From Bigelowiella natans CCMP2755 (Eukaryota > Protista > Cercozoa): DNA of 42,172 nucleotides. The DNA lies in contig ADNK01002534.1 of NCBI GenBank assembly GCA_000320545.1, forward strand, positions 1 through 42,172. The letters run 5' to 3'. A program made the position numbers and the translations under genes. Shown here piece after piece: positions 26,024 to 38,956 of this stretch. The number at the start of each line of letters is the position of its first letter. The stretch's first letter is position 1. A model generated the notes under the pieces. The model was given only the letters and a program-made list of their open reading frames with translations. It did no database searches and was not told where the DNA came from.

Positions 26024-27776
26024 AACCCACCGAGAAGCTGATCCACAAGTCCTTCCGGCGTAACCATGAAGTTGAGCAAACACACCTTGACCGACACCTG
26101 CGACATAGCAATGATTATATAGGTGAGGCGTCAGCAGATATACAACACCTCGTTGATTTGGTCTGCGCTTGCAAAGGGCGCTTACGCACTCAAGGACTAC
26201 TCTCCTCAATCTCGCCGATTATTCGCGTATATATTAGATCGACTACCTCTGGGTAGTAGTGCGGGTTTGCCAGTTTCGTCGTCATGTAGAACTTGAAGCG
26301 CTCGTTGTAGTCGAGCTCTTTATCCCCAAACTTCAGCACCATGCGCCCCGCCCTCTTGAACGTTTGCTTCAGCAAAAGCGGCTCGAGTGCGGGGTCAAGC
26401 TGCTCTTGGACCTGCTCCATCAGACAAGGGAATCCGAGCTGGATGGCGCTTTCCAGGACGCGGTTGTAGTCGTCCGTAGGCTTGAAGATTTTCAATTTGT
26501 TTTCCTGGTTAGGGTAGGCGGTGGGGAAGGGGGGGAGGGTAGAGAATGAAACTAATCAAGAGGAAATATTATATATAATGCTGAATCGGTTAAATTCTTC
26601 TTCCGTACCTTTTCCATATTCTTAATCCAGCGGCTGGCCTGCATCTGCGGGTCGATGATGAGCGGCCAGCGCCTCGCGTTCTTGAGGATGATCGCGTTGT
26701 CAATTGAGAACGAATCGTTTGGAAGCCCATCAACGACCCACTTTTGAATAACGACGGGCTGGCCAAGCACTCCGTTAAGACTCACAGAGTCGGAGCAAGG
26801 AATCTCCATGCTCCTGCATTTATCAACCCAACGCTCTACGGTCTCGTTTCGATAGGTGACCGTGAAAGGCCCAAGGTATGCAATGACGGCGGAGCTCACC
26901 ACCACGTCTCCCACCAAGTTGTCGTACTGTAAGAGGAGAGGGTGGAAGGGGTTGGCATTAGAAGGAGAGGCAAGGAGGCATATATGAAACATAGATGACC
27001 AGAAAATGGCTGCTGCTACTGTATCTCGCCCTCTTTCTCTTTTCTCTCGCGCTCTCTATAAGTGTGTCTGTGCGTGTGTGTGTTTGGTTGTATACACACG
27101 CGCTGCTACATATAGATTTTGGGGATTCGTGCATTGAGCATGAGGAAGGAGTTGCATCGAGCTCAGAAGCACACCTTAATCGCTAAGTCCTTTGCAATGC
27201 TCGTCCAACGAGCCTTCTCCCCGCCAAGGCCGCCCAGCAGGATCTCCGCACGGGCCTTCTTTGTAATCGTGTCTTGAATGCCTTTCTCGAGCTTCGCCTT
27301 CTTCGCTTCGGTTGCCTTTTGCTGCCGAACTAAAGCGTCGATCTTGTCCATAACCTGAGGAGGAGAGGTACGGGAACATATCAACGCGTGCATAAATCGT
27401 TTAGGGGGTGAGGGGGGGGGGAGGGGAGATCAACCCTTTTCAGCTCCGCTTGAGCGATGTCAAGCTTTTTCTTCACCACCGCGTACTCGCTCTGTGCCTC
27501 TTTGAGCTTGATGCGCTTCGGTGCGACCACTTTCGCCACACGATCGTAGGCCTCCATTGCGTTGATCCACTTGAAGATGGCGAAGGTAGCTTTGTTGAGC
27601 TTCTCCACACGCTTTTCCTGGAAGTCATCAAGCTTTTGCAGATCTTGGATCTTTTTGATGGTCGAGGCAGGGATGTTGTCTTTCGGGTAGTCCTGAAGCC
27701 GTTTCAGCAGTTTTGTGTCCCCGAGAACCTTGCTACTCTTCGCTGGACCCCAGAAATCCATAATGTGCTAAATGCG

Positions 27777-27810
<34 letters not shown>

Positions 27811-29528
27811 GTGTGTGTGTGTGTGTGTGCGCGCGCGCGCGTGAATATATGTTCTGTGGATATGAGCGCCAAAAACTTCTTGTGGATATATCTAACACTA
27901 TATTTATAATCCTTATTCAGGAAATCTATCTATTCCCCCCCTCCCCCTTTTCTCAAGGCCCCAGGTGAGTACCTTTCCTGGGTTGTCAGGGTCCGGCTTT
28001 CGCTCTGCTTTGACACCAAGCATTATACACAGCGCCTTCATCACAAGCTTCACGCCCCCTGGAGGTTTTCCCAAAGACTTAACTTCGGTGATGTCCTTCT
28101 GACTCAGCGTATCGAGGGCCGCAATGGCGCTGTTAAGAATAGGCATTGCCTCGTCGAGGTTCGCTTGGCACTCGTCTGCAATGGCCTTCGATTTGGCAGC
28201 GGCTTTGTTGGCCACTGCCTCTTCCTTAGAGACCTTGTCTTTCACGACCTGAGCAGCCTTCGTTTCTTCCGCGACCTTCTTCATCATCTCTGAAGCCTTC
28301 TTCGAGGCGAGCTCTAGCTTCGGTTTCTGCTCGATGAGCTGGATCTTCATCTTCCCGACCTCGCCCTCCGTGGCAATGATCTTGTCCAGCCCCACCGTGT
28401 ATCTCGACTGGTACTTCTTCGTGTCCTCGCGGCACTTGCCGAGCAGGTCGATGAACGTCTGGATCAACTCCAGATACGACGTGGGAGTGATGTAGGTGTG
28501 CCGGCGCATGTTGTTCTTGAATTTCCTCGCAAGGGATATCACGTCGTTGTGGAAGATCTGGCACATCTCCACGCACTTGCCCCTGATCTCCTCGGGCATC
28601 TGCACTTTGCCGAGGAACTGCGAGGCGACGGCTTGGAGCGCGTCAGGAGGCCAGTCATGGAACCAATCGAGCGTGCAGCAGTTAATAAGCGAAGGGAACA
28701 TTCGCAAACGCGATCGGAATTCTGACCCAATAGGCGACATCGTTAACACGACATGAAGCTTCGCTCGGCACCTCTGGACGAACAGCCGAAACATCTCTCG
28801 CGGCGTGGCGGATTTGAGCTTGACGCCCTCCTTCTTCAGGGCGGCGCGCAGCGTCTCGATCACGTTCCCGGTGCTCTCAGCGTCGAAGAGGTTCGGCACC
28901 TCGCCGGAGTTCAGAATCGCGTTGATATCTTCCAGGAAAGACGACTCTTTGATTTGGTTGTCTGCGAAGAGGAACACCATGTTCTTGCCCTCCCCGCCCG
29001 CCTTCGACAACACGTGCCTCAAGTCCTCCCGCCACTCATTCACGCCGTATTGCTTCACAAGCTTGATCTGGAACGTCTCGTAGTCGCCTACAAACGCGGC
29101 CAAGCGCGTGAGAGACTGCTTACCGCTGCCCCCTACACCGATGAGAAGGGCGTTTCCTCGCGGCTGTTTGAGAATGCGGCTGATGCGTGATGCGTGCTCA
29201 ATGGCGAATCGAAACATGACGAGATCCATGGGGTTTCGAGACATTCGATTGTACTCATCAAGGAAGCCGGTCCAGGCGTTCGTCAGCTCGCTCGCATCCT
29301 CGATCTCCCTGTATGGTTTGGGAAACTTGTTGGAGGGCGGGAAGTAGTCGCCGCAAAACAGACCGCGGATCTCCTGAACCGTGTTGACCTTGCCGTCCCC
29401 GTTTGTGTCCAGATGCTTGCAGATCTTGTCGAAGTCTTTCTTGATGCTCTTCTTCACAACGTCGCGCACCCAGCCGAGGAACATCAAGCTATCCTCCTCA
29501 CTGAAGATGCATAATTGTGTGTTGTGTT

Positions 29529-29601
<73 letters not shown>

Positions 29602-32600
29602 ATTCTCACTTGTGAATGCAATCTATGTACTTGCTCGCAATTTATATAGCGAACCTGATGAGCCTGTCTGCGAACACACGGTGCACCTCGTGAATCCAGA
29701 GTCGCACAAAGCTCGCAGAAGACGAAAACTGCGCGGAGGAACTCATACACACTCCTTGAATGACGCGGGAGAAGTCTCGGAGGTTGAACGTGTAGTGCGA
29801 TTTAGCTGGGGTGGGCAGCAGATTGTCGCACGATATCTTGTAGATCGCCTGCGTGGCAGCAACAATCGGCTTTGCTAGACTCTTCACCTCTCCTACGAAC
29901 CTGAGGGGGGGGGGGGGGAGAGGAAGGGGAATGGTGATGGGGGATATAAGTAAGATCTAGCTATTGCTAATAAGGGCATCTCAGCTACTCCCTATTCTCA
30001 AAAAAATAAGGCCAGGGGGCGAGAATGAGGGGGGGGGGGGGGATAGACGATAGGAGACGATGCGAAGAAGCAAGCACACACCCTTTCGACATGTGCCAAT
30101 CCATAACCACATTGAAGATCGAGCTCATGGTATTGTCATCGAATGGAGTGAAGCCGACGTGGCAAAAGTGGCGCAGGAGCCTGTCGGACACAGGGTTGCG
30201 GCCGCCGCCGGGAGGCCCCATAGCAGCTAGGAACTGCACTTCCAATAAGGTGTGGAACCCCTTGAGGTCGTCGTTTGTATCATACCAGCCTTTGTGGTCC
30301 ATAAACTGGCGAATCAGCTCAATCGGAGGCTGCGCACCGTAGATTTCCTGCTTCGGCATGTTGAGATCATCGACGAGGACGATGAGCTTCTTCCCGCCAG
30401 ACGGCGCGTAGATTCCGCGGCGGCGGCGATCTAGCTTCTCGTCGATCTGGCTCTGCACGAGCTCCTCGTCCGTTTGCGCGGAGAAGTTGATGGCCAGGAT
30501 CTCATACTTCTCTTTCGCGAGCGTGGAGAGGTACTTGTTGATGTAAGCGCTCTTCCCCGTCCCTGCAGGGTTATTGTTTCGAGTGGCAAAAGAAGCGCGT
30601 GTGTGTGTGTTAGAACATGCGTGTGATGACAACGTGTACGTGTGAATGTCTGCACGATGAAATCAATATCGCCCAATTCGTCGCTCAACCTTAATCTAAC
30701 AACCTCTCACAGAGCAAATCGTCCCTCCACCCCCCCTCCCCCGGAACTCACATTCTCATGAATTACGCTTCTGACCTGTAGGACCAACGAATAGCGATGG
30801 GATGTTGTTCATCAGATACTTGTCTAGCAGGAAGGAGTAGCGTGCAACGTCGTTGGTCGGAATGAGGATGTCTTGGAACTTCGCTTTCGGCTCGATCTTC
30901 ATGTCGTCCGCGGAGAGCAGCTCCTTCCAGTGTTTCCACCCTTGCGTGTTGATATCGTAAAGATGATCATACACCGTCCCGCGCTTGGGATACAGAGCTT
31001 TGATTTTAAACTGCTTGCATTCTGCCAAGGTCGTCCTCACGAACTCGTCAAACTTAATCCGCGACGCGTCGTTGACCGTGGCGCCCACGGACCACACAAG
31101 GCAGAACAGCACGTGCGCCTCTGTAATCGCCATCACCTTGTTTGGGCCGCCATAGTCGCCGACCTTCTCCTCGGTGAGGTCCTTGGTGAGAATTGAGAAC
31201 AAGCGCATGAACGTCTCCGCAAGCCCCGTGTCGGTCGTGTACTGATACTCCACCAGGTTCTTGCGACTGAACCGTATTAGCTTCGGTAAGAAGTAGTCGA
31301 ACATTTCGGTTAGATGCTCCTTGTGCTTGTCCAAGAACCCGCTAGGAAGTCCCTTGAGCCATGAGACGAAGAGTGGCCGGTAGCCGAGGATGTGAGGTTC
31401 CATGTACACCATTCCACACCGCGACACCGTCGCTGGAGACGCGACAGCAAGGTCGCGAGTCTCGAATATCATGTTCATTCCATCGGACATCTGGATGATC
31501 TCTCCGCTCATGAGGCAGAGCTTGCGGTTGTCGTCAAGAACGGTATTCATGTTCTCGATCCACACGGCGTCCACGGGCCCGTCGAATACGACCCAGCGCC
31601 TCGTCGCGTCCGCGTCCTCGACGTTGGCGAAATCGCGGTACTTCGTGGGCAGGATGCCATCCGTCCACTCATGTGTGAGGGGGTCAAAGTTTCCGTAAAG
31701 GCGGTTCATCGAGATCGATTTCGGGTTGATTGTGTGGATGAGCGTCTTCTTCTCAGGGTAATCCTTCGACTCCGCGAGGGCTGTCAAGGTGTCCTGCAGC
31801 ACATTGAGGATCGAGGACTTTCCGGAGTAGGGCAGCCCGACGACCATCAGGCCGTGGCGGACGATGATCATCTCGTAGAGCTCGATGATCTTGCCGATGA
31901 AGTTCTTCTCGGGCTGGAGGTTGCGCGCGGCGATCTTCTCCAGGATCATGTCCATGAGCTTGCCGTACTGCGGCGTGGGGAGCTCCACGCCGGGGAAGAG
32001 GTCTTTGATGATGCCGTCGAAGAGGGGCAGGTCGTGCGCGAGGAATTTGGGCTGGTTGACGTCGCGGATAGCGCGTTGCATGACAACATCCTCGGCCTCG
32101 TCAGGAACCTTCCGCTTCAGGTTCGCTGCTGCGCGCAGGACGGTGATCACGGCTCTCATCCCGTAGTCGTAGTGGTCTTGGGACGACAGCTGCTCGGAGC
32201 ACAGCTTGTACGTCGCCACGATTTTACGAGCGAGGGATTTGGCGGATATGAAACCGAAGGAGTATAGGAGGATCTCCGCTATGAGCGCGTAGTCGGGAAC
32301 CATCATCGCCACCGTTCGGAACTGCACCTTCAGGTTATCGGGCAGCTCTGCCCTTCCCGCATAACCGGGGTTCATCGTGATGAAGCACGTGCACGTTGTG
32401 CGGATAGGCAGGTTCGGGACGTCATCGAAGGCGAAGACTTCCAGTTTCTGCCTCTTGGCCGCAAAGATTGTCTGGATCTGCTGCGCGACGACAGACAGGA
32501 CTTCAAGAATGATGCGGTTGAATTCGTCGAAGCACGCCCAGGACCCCGAGGCAGCAAGCCCCTTGAAAAACTTGGACATTGCCTTGTAGTCGAGCCCGTC

Positions 32601-34657
32601 AGAGCAGTTGAACACGACGCAGAAGATCGCGACGGCTTTGGCAAGATCCTTGCAGGTCTCGGTCTTCCCCGTTCCTGCAGGCCCTTCCGGGGCGCCGCCA
32701 AGGTTCAGTTGTAGCGCGCCCATGAGCGTGCGGTAGCACCGGTCAGTGAGAGGGGTGATAACCAGCCTGCCGGAGCAGCCCAAATACTCACACTGGTAGT
32801 CGATTTCACTCGAAATCATCCGCACCTTCAGCTTCGCGTCGTCCCAATAATAGCGCAGCTGGCATGTCCAGTCGAAGTCCTGCACCGAGTCAACTTTGAG
32901 CTCGATCAGGTTAGCCACCGTGTCGCGGGCGTGGACGTCGATGACAACCAGAGCGCCAAGCGTCTTTCGCGCGGTTTTGCTCAGTTTTCCACGCACGAGC
33001 TTCACAATGTCCTGGAGGTCGTTGTCCGACGTTTCAAGGTACTTCTTCAGAGCTCCCTTGCCCTCCGAAATCGCGCCTTCGACGTTCTGCGCCCAAAAAA
33101 CCTGGTTAATACCTAGAATTACTTGCCCTGGCCAAGCGGTCACCCAATCCGTGCGCTTTTTCTGTGCGTGGTCCTTCAGCGCGAATTCGAGCTGTTGATG
33201 CACAGACTTGTAGGAAGTAAGCTCGACGGACTTCAACCACTGCTCTACAGCTCCGTTTGCGTCTTTCGGATTCACGATCTCTGCCATGGGAATGCACTCC
33301 TTCTCCTTTGAATTCATGTGAGTGATATCGAGCTTGTCATTGAACGTGAGGTGGTAGAGGCCCTCGAAGCACTTCTTGAGGTGCGGCTGCACGCGCATCG
33401 GATCCTTGGTCTCGGAGAGGATCTCAAGCAGCTCGTCGTCGGAGAGGAAGAAGAAACGTGGGAAGAACATGCGCTTTGCGTTGAGGTAGCTGTTCAGCCC
33501 CTTCTGGATCTTGTCTAGGAGCGTCTTTGCGTTGTCCAGTGTCTTCTTCAAATCTGGAATCTTGGTCACTACGAGGACGAACGTGTCCTTCTTCACGTTC
33601 GTCATGAGCGCGATCCAGTCCTTGTTGACGGTTTTGAACATCTTGCCCTCCATCGGCATTTGCTTCAGGATGTCCTCCGCTCCGAAGACGGGCTCGAGGT
33701 ACATCCAAGCGCTCTGCACCTTCATCCACACCTCGAGCGTCGACTGCGCGCCCAGCAGCCACGTCTCCCATTCATCCAGCTCCGAGGCGAATGGCACGGC
33801 AAAAGGGGAGCCCTTCATCGTCTGCGTCTTGACGATTTGGTCGTCCATGAGGGTCTGAATCTCCTCCACCGGCTCTCCTTCGAGGATGAACCCCTCCGAG
33901 CCTTTGTGCTGCTTGACGCCGAACTGAACCTCTTTCCAGTCGTTCCTCATCGTTAAGAGCTGCTTCTCAATGCTAAACTGCTGCTGTGCCTCCTCGGAGA
34001 TTTCCGTCAGCTTGTCTATTTTGTTGTTCAGCCCTCGCTCGATCAGCCGGTTCAGAGGCGTGAAGTTGTCGGGGCGGATCTCCTGCTTCACAGTCTTCGA
34101 TATCTTCTCCCAATGGCGCTCGCGCATGCCTTTGTTGCACAGTACTTGGAGCAGAGGGATATATTGCCTGAAGTCGGATAAACGCTTCTTCACCTCTCCC
34201 GCAACCATTGTGGCGGCCTTCGATTCCTCTGAGAGCTTCAGCGCGAGCGTGTTAGCCTGTCTATATGCGTCATCAACTTCGCCTTCCACTTTCTCTGCGT
34301 TGAGCTCGAAAACTGGGCCTTGCATCCACTTGCGGCTATCGATTTGATTCTTCGAGACCAGCTTCCATAGACTTTCGAAAGGCTTGAGCACATCACGCGA
34401 TTCCTGAACTTGATCGTAATCGGACACCTGAAAGGGAGACAACAGCGCAATAGATTAGTTGCGTGTGGGTGTGCGCGCCTTCCGCTGGCTACTTCGTTTT
34501 GAACCCAAAATGAACTTCAAATATTTGTTCCGATTGGCGGTTTCGCTTCCGAATATACAAAATGCCACACTCTTAACTAGAACGGAAAGAAGATTGAGGC
34601 TTGCAAAGGATTAGTTCTTTCGCCTCGTCGCAAGAATGTATCTCTAAATAACGTCTT

Positions 34658-34697
<40 letters not shown>

Positions 34698-37600
34698 GCA
34701 CACGGAGAGAGACCTGCATCCCGAGAAGCTCCTCTTTAGTATTAAGGTCCTCGATTTGCTCGTCAAGTTTACTAAGATCTGCGTTGAAGTTGTCGATCTG
34801 CTCTGCGTAGTCGGCGGCCCGCTTGAAGTCGGAAAACTCCTTCACCTCGAGCACGTTCTTCGCTTTGGCCTCGACTCCAAGGCGGATCTCCTCAGCCTTT
34901 GCCTCGAGTTGGCTTTCCAGCCTCGTGCGCTGGTCGGACATCATCGTTCTACACTGTGCGCCGATTTTGCTCATCGTTGTGATCTCGCGCCACGCCTTCT
35001 TGATGAACTCAAACGCGTTTTCGTCGTTCACGACGTAGTCGCGCGCTCGCTTATCGTTGCGCCCCGGTGCGAAGACGGTAATGTTTCCTAAGCTCGGAAG
35101 GCCCTCGATCTCGAAGCAACCTTCCTCCGCCCCTTGCATCAGGTACGCGTGGTATTCCTTCTTCGGTGCTCGCGCGTTGCCGCCGCTATAGGTGTACTTC
35201 AGCAGGAAATCCAGCTCCTTCCTGGCCGTCTCGTAGCCCTTCTTGAGCTCTGGCAGCTCCGTTTGCTCGAAGACGTCCGCGTTTTCATTCAGCTTGACCA
35301 GCTTTTCCTCGCGCGCGGGATCCTCGTCCTTTGGCATGGTGAGGAGCGTGGCCTGCCAGTACTTGGATCTCTCGCAGATGTGCACGGTCATGCTGCGGTA
35401 GCGGTCGGCGATGTGCTCCATGACCTTGAACACGAGCGTGCGTGCACGGTCGGCCAGCGTTCGATTCACATCCCCCGCGCGTATGCGAATCATCCCGCAG
35501 GAGATCTCGCTCAGCGCCTCCTCCTCCAGCTCACGAGCTGTGGTGCGGTACCTATCAATCATCTTCGAGCACTCCTCCAGAGAAGGAGACTTGGCCAGCA
35601 TGACTTTCAGGCGCGCTTCCTCGGAGAGGAGATGCAGGTATTCGCCGTACAGGCCCTTGATGACCTCGATCTGGTCGCACGATTCTCTGAAGACGCCCAT
35701 TACCTTGTCCTGGATGTCCCAGATGAGCGTGTCGCCCTTGATCTCGCTGTTGCGAGGCGGGGCGATGCGCGTGTTGAGCGTCTTAGCAGCTTCCTCCTCG
35801 CTGATATATGGGTAGATTTTGCCCTCCAGGCGCTGGATGTTGTCGAACGTTGCAAGGATCCCGCTGTACAGGTGATCCAGCTTGGCGTTCAGAATTTTAA
35901 CTGGGATGTTAAAGTCCACGTAGGAGGACGATGCTGTCGGAGAGGAGGAGGGCAGCGCTGCTGGCGCAACGTCATTACTAACCGCAGCTTTCTTGACATC
36001 TGCCTCGGCACCGCTGCCTTTTGCTGGCTCGGGGGCTGTCTTCTCTACTTTCTTTTTCTCGTCTGTACTAGCCGCTTCTGGCGCTGGCGTTGGCTGCTGC
36101 TTCGCCTCAGGCTGCTTACTTGGAGTGACGACTTTCTCTTCGGTTACGGTGCCCGACACTACCTCGAGGGTGACGGTAAACGTCGGTAGCAGAGGGGGGT
36201 TCAGCGGCTCGAAGGGGTCTTTCTCGCTTGCCTCCTTTGTATTCGCTTCGCTTTTGGACGACTTCTTGCTGCTGCCAAAGCGCAGGTACTCTTCCCAGGA
36301 GTCTCGCAGCTTTACCAGCCGCTTCTCGCCGGCCTCAAATTGCAGCGGCTTCGGGCTCTCAAACATCCCCTCGAACGACCGGATCGAGTTGAAGATGATG
36401 CCGACGAGCTGCTGCGACATGAACACGGAGACCCACTCCCAGAAGGAGTGGTTGTCCTCGGTGATCTTCATCACCTTTTGGTGTCGGGACATGACGACGT
36501 AGCACTCGTTCATCCAGTCCTGCAAGAAGGTGCTCTTGACGATCTCGGCGTGCTTCATCTGCAGGTTTTGGAACTCGGCGATGTTCATGGGCATTTCCTT
36601 GCGGGGCGGGCTCTTGAAGAGATTAAGCTCCTTGTACTTTTGCCATATCGTCAGCAATTGCTGGGTGGTCGCGTTACACGCGTTCAAGTTCGGCCCGAGG
36701 AAACGAAAGGAAGTCTGGATTGGCTCTCTCCACTCCGAAGGCGGCGCTGGCGGGCCTGTAATCTGTGTAGGGGGAGGGGGGGGGGCAGCGGTGGGTGATT
36801 ACAAACTCATGAAAGTGAGGTAGCTTGAGCCCCAAGTCTACAAATTGAAACACGTGGGGAACAAAACAAGTCGTTTGAACTAAATATGCTATTAATAAAT
36901 CGTAAATGATGGGCTGCTGCAGTACCGATCCCCATCTTGACCCGAGTCTGCCTACAGTCTTCAAAGGCCGGAGATCGAGCCGCTTCCTCTCCTTCGTGCT
37001 CAGCAGCACATAGGATAGAATCGACTTCTTAATGCTAAAGGTGTAGTCTTCGTTGACCTCCATCAGCATGCTGCGAACGATCTCGTGTGCCTGTGAATCC
37101 GACACGTCCAGGTCCTGATTTTTCCCAGGGAGTTCTTCACCCAGGACTCCTTCATCGGGGCGACGTTCTCGTCCTCGATGCTATTCAGCATCTCGTAGAA
37201 CGCCACCTCGGCCTTATCCTCGGCCTTCTTGCGCTCTCCAAGGAGGTGTGCCTGGGGGAACATTATCTCGCGCACGGAGACGTGGTTGTTCTTCTCTTCT
37301 GCCCACGTTCCATTCCCCAGCACTGACCTAACAGTCCGCTCCTGCAAAATAGCCGCGTCCTCTATTGCGGTATCCTGCTCAAAGGGCAGATGGCCGGTTG
37401 CACGAATCTTGCCGTCTCGCGTGTTGCTGATCTCGAAAGCCCCGCTGCTCGGCGTGTAGAACGTGCCTATCCGCGATGTTAGCGAGCAGTAAAACTTCTC
37501 GTCCGAGAATGTCGCGGCCTTTGTTTGCGCGAAGGAGTCTAACACAGGAGGGCGTGATTGAAAGGACAGGTCTCGAAACGACATTCCTAGCTTATCTGCC

Positions 37601-38517
37601 TTCTCCTTCTCGGGGGACAGAGGTTCCATCGGCGATTGGACGCGCGCGCGTAGCCGCTGAAGCGGCGTGAGCTGCATTTCCTCGAAGTTTTTGTTGGTAG
37701 CCATTGGGTTCGCTCCGTGCTTTAGTTTGGTCAGGATTTCTGAGGACTGGGTGCGAGCCGTGTCCATAATGCCATGCACGACGCGTGGGTCCCCCTTCGA
37801 GTTGCGTTTTTTTATCTTCACTTTCTGCAGAGACAGGGATGGTGTGGGGGGGGGGGGGAGAGGGAGCACAGGCAAGAATAAGAGTTTTTTTGTTAATAGC
37901 AAGTCGCAGGGGTTGAAGGGGGAGGGAAAGGAGAGAGATTACGAAAGAAATGAAAGCAAAGTTTAGCTCAATATCGATCTAAACCTTGTTGCGTTCGGCA
38001 GCACCGCCTCCCAGAGTATACCTGCGCACAGCAAAGTTGAATAACTGTGTGTGAGCACTAGCCTAATCTGTATGGGAAAGTGGGCGGATATTATTACATT
38101 TGGCGGAGAGACTTTACGCTCATCTTGGCCTTTAGCGCGCGAGTGCCGTCGTCTTCGTGAAATAAGAACTCAACAGCGCGAGCCTCGGACTTCAGATAGC
38201 CGATACCGAACTCAATCAGCACCTACGAGCAAGGTGGGTGGTTTTGTTAGGGTCGCTTTTATTTCAGGAAAGGGTGCGGCGGAATGGCAAAGAGAGTATG
38301 CGTTTTGTATCGACCTTATCCGTGTTCTGCAGCACCTCGCCAAGCCGTTTTTGAAGATGTCCTGAAACCACATCAAATCAGAGAGAACCGTTACGTACAA
38401 ATCATGAGAGCGTTGTATCTCAAACTTAGTGAATAAACGGTTAGTTCATTTTGTTGCGCATTCGTGCTTTTTAGCTGCGTATTCACCCAGTGCAGTGGAG
38501 AACGTCAGCTCCGACAT
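19988..38517 (-). CDS. DNAH7-like: Axonemal dynein heavy chain, single-headed inner-arm class (DNAH3/7/12-like), about 4,400 aa, about 33 introns; start uncertain
   Basis: P-loops GPAGTGKT (AAA1), [11 protein letters not shown]|[13 protein letters not shown]. Also [42 protein letters not shown], stalk region PPGGVKLVM, and C-terminus CPVYR|[18 protein letters not shown]...[15 protein letters not shown] (stop 19990-19988). Traced junctions are GT-AG and phase-consistent except one frameshift at about 37120. The ATG at 38517 is a candidate; in-phase exons may extend to about 39020 or beyond. The symbol is class-level only. Confidence 0.96.
20159..20262. repeat. Minisatellite, about 4 x 25 bp, in the last dynein intron
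   Basis: Unit TGCACAACTACAAGTGAAATGAATA in tandem with 1-2 substitutions and no spacers. Confidence 0.95.
23162..23248. repeat. Compound (GC)n(CA)n(TA)n microsatellite, dynein intron
   Basis: Read directly. Other dynein intron tracts at about 20447-20478, 20854-20898, 22486-22550, 24607-24650, 25988-26021, 27777-27842, 29531-29598 and 34661-34695. Confidence 0.95.
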
Positions 38518-38956
38518 TCCGCCATACCTTTCAACCAGCAATAATCAGTACGTCACGAAAGAGAGCTTTGCTCGGAATCCGCGATTCGATTTACCACCAT
38601 CATCTTCTCTCTATTCTCTGCGCGCTTGTTTTGGTGCGTACGCGTGAGTCAAAGAGAGGGAGAGGGGGGGAAAGGGAGAGCGCAGAGAAAGAAAGGCTTG
38701 GTTTGGGAATTACTGTGCCAGAGATCCGTGATTCGGTCTTATATAAGATAGGTCTTTCACTTCTTGATAGAACGGCCCACTGTGCAGCGCAAAACAACCA
38801 CCAAAATTGAATAACGCGCGTTCATCAGATTTAAACTTCCTCGGTGATACATTGGTTCTGCGCGTTGATTGCAGAGCGATATGTTCACCTGAGCTTGATT
38901 TTTTTTTCTTTCGCCCAGGTCTCATTCGGCAAGAATCGAGTGCGAAACCCCTTCTC

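Noticed and set aside
30873-36823. Long plus-strand ORFs (up to 351 aa) antisense to the dynein, and similar ones antisense to CNOT1
   Set aside because: Shadow ORFs expected from GC-rich codon usage on the real strand; no recognisable motifs.
36760-36956. Possible GC-AG intron plus a 35-nt micro-exon in the dynein
   Set aside because: A single canonical GT-AG intron (ACT|gtaggc...cacag|ATT) keeps the frame and gives a family-like spacing.
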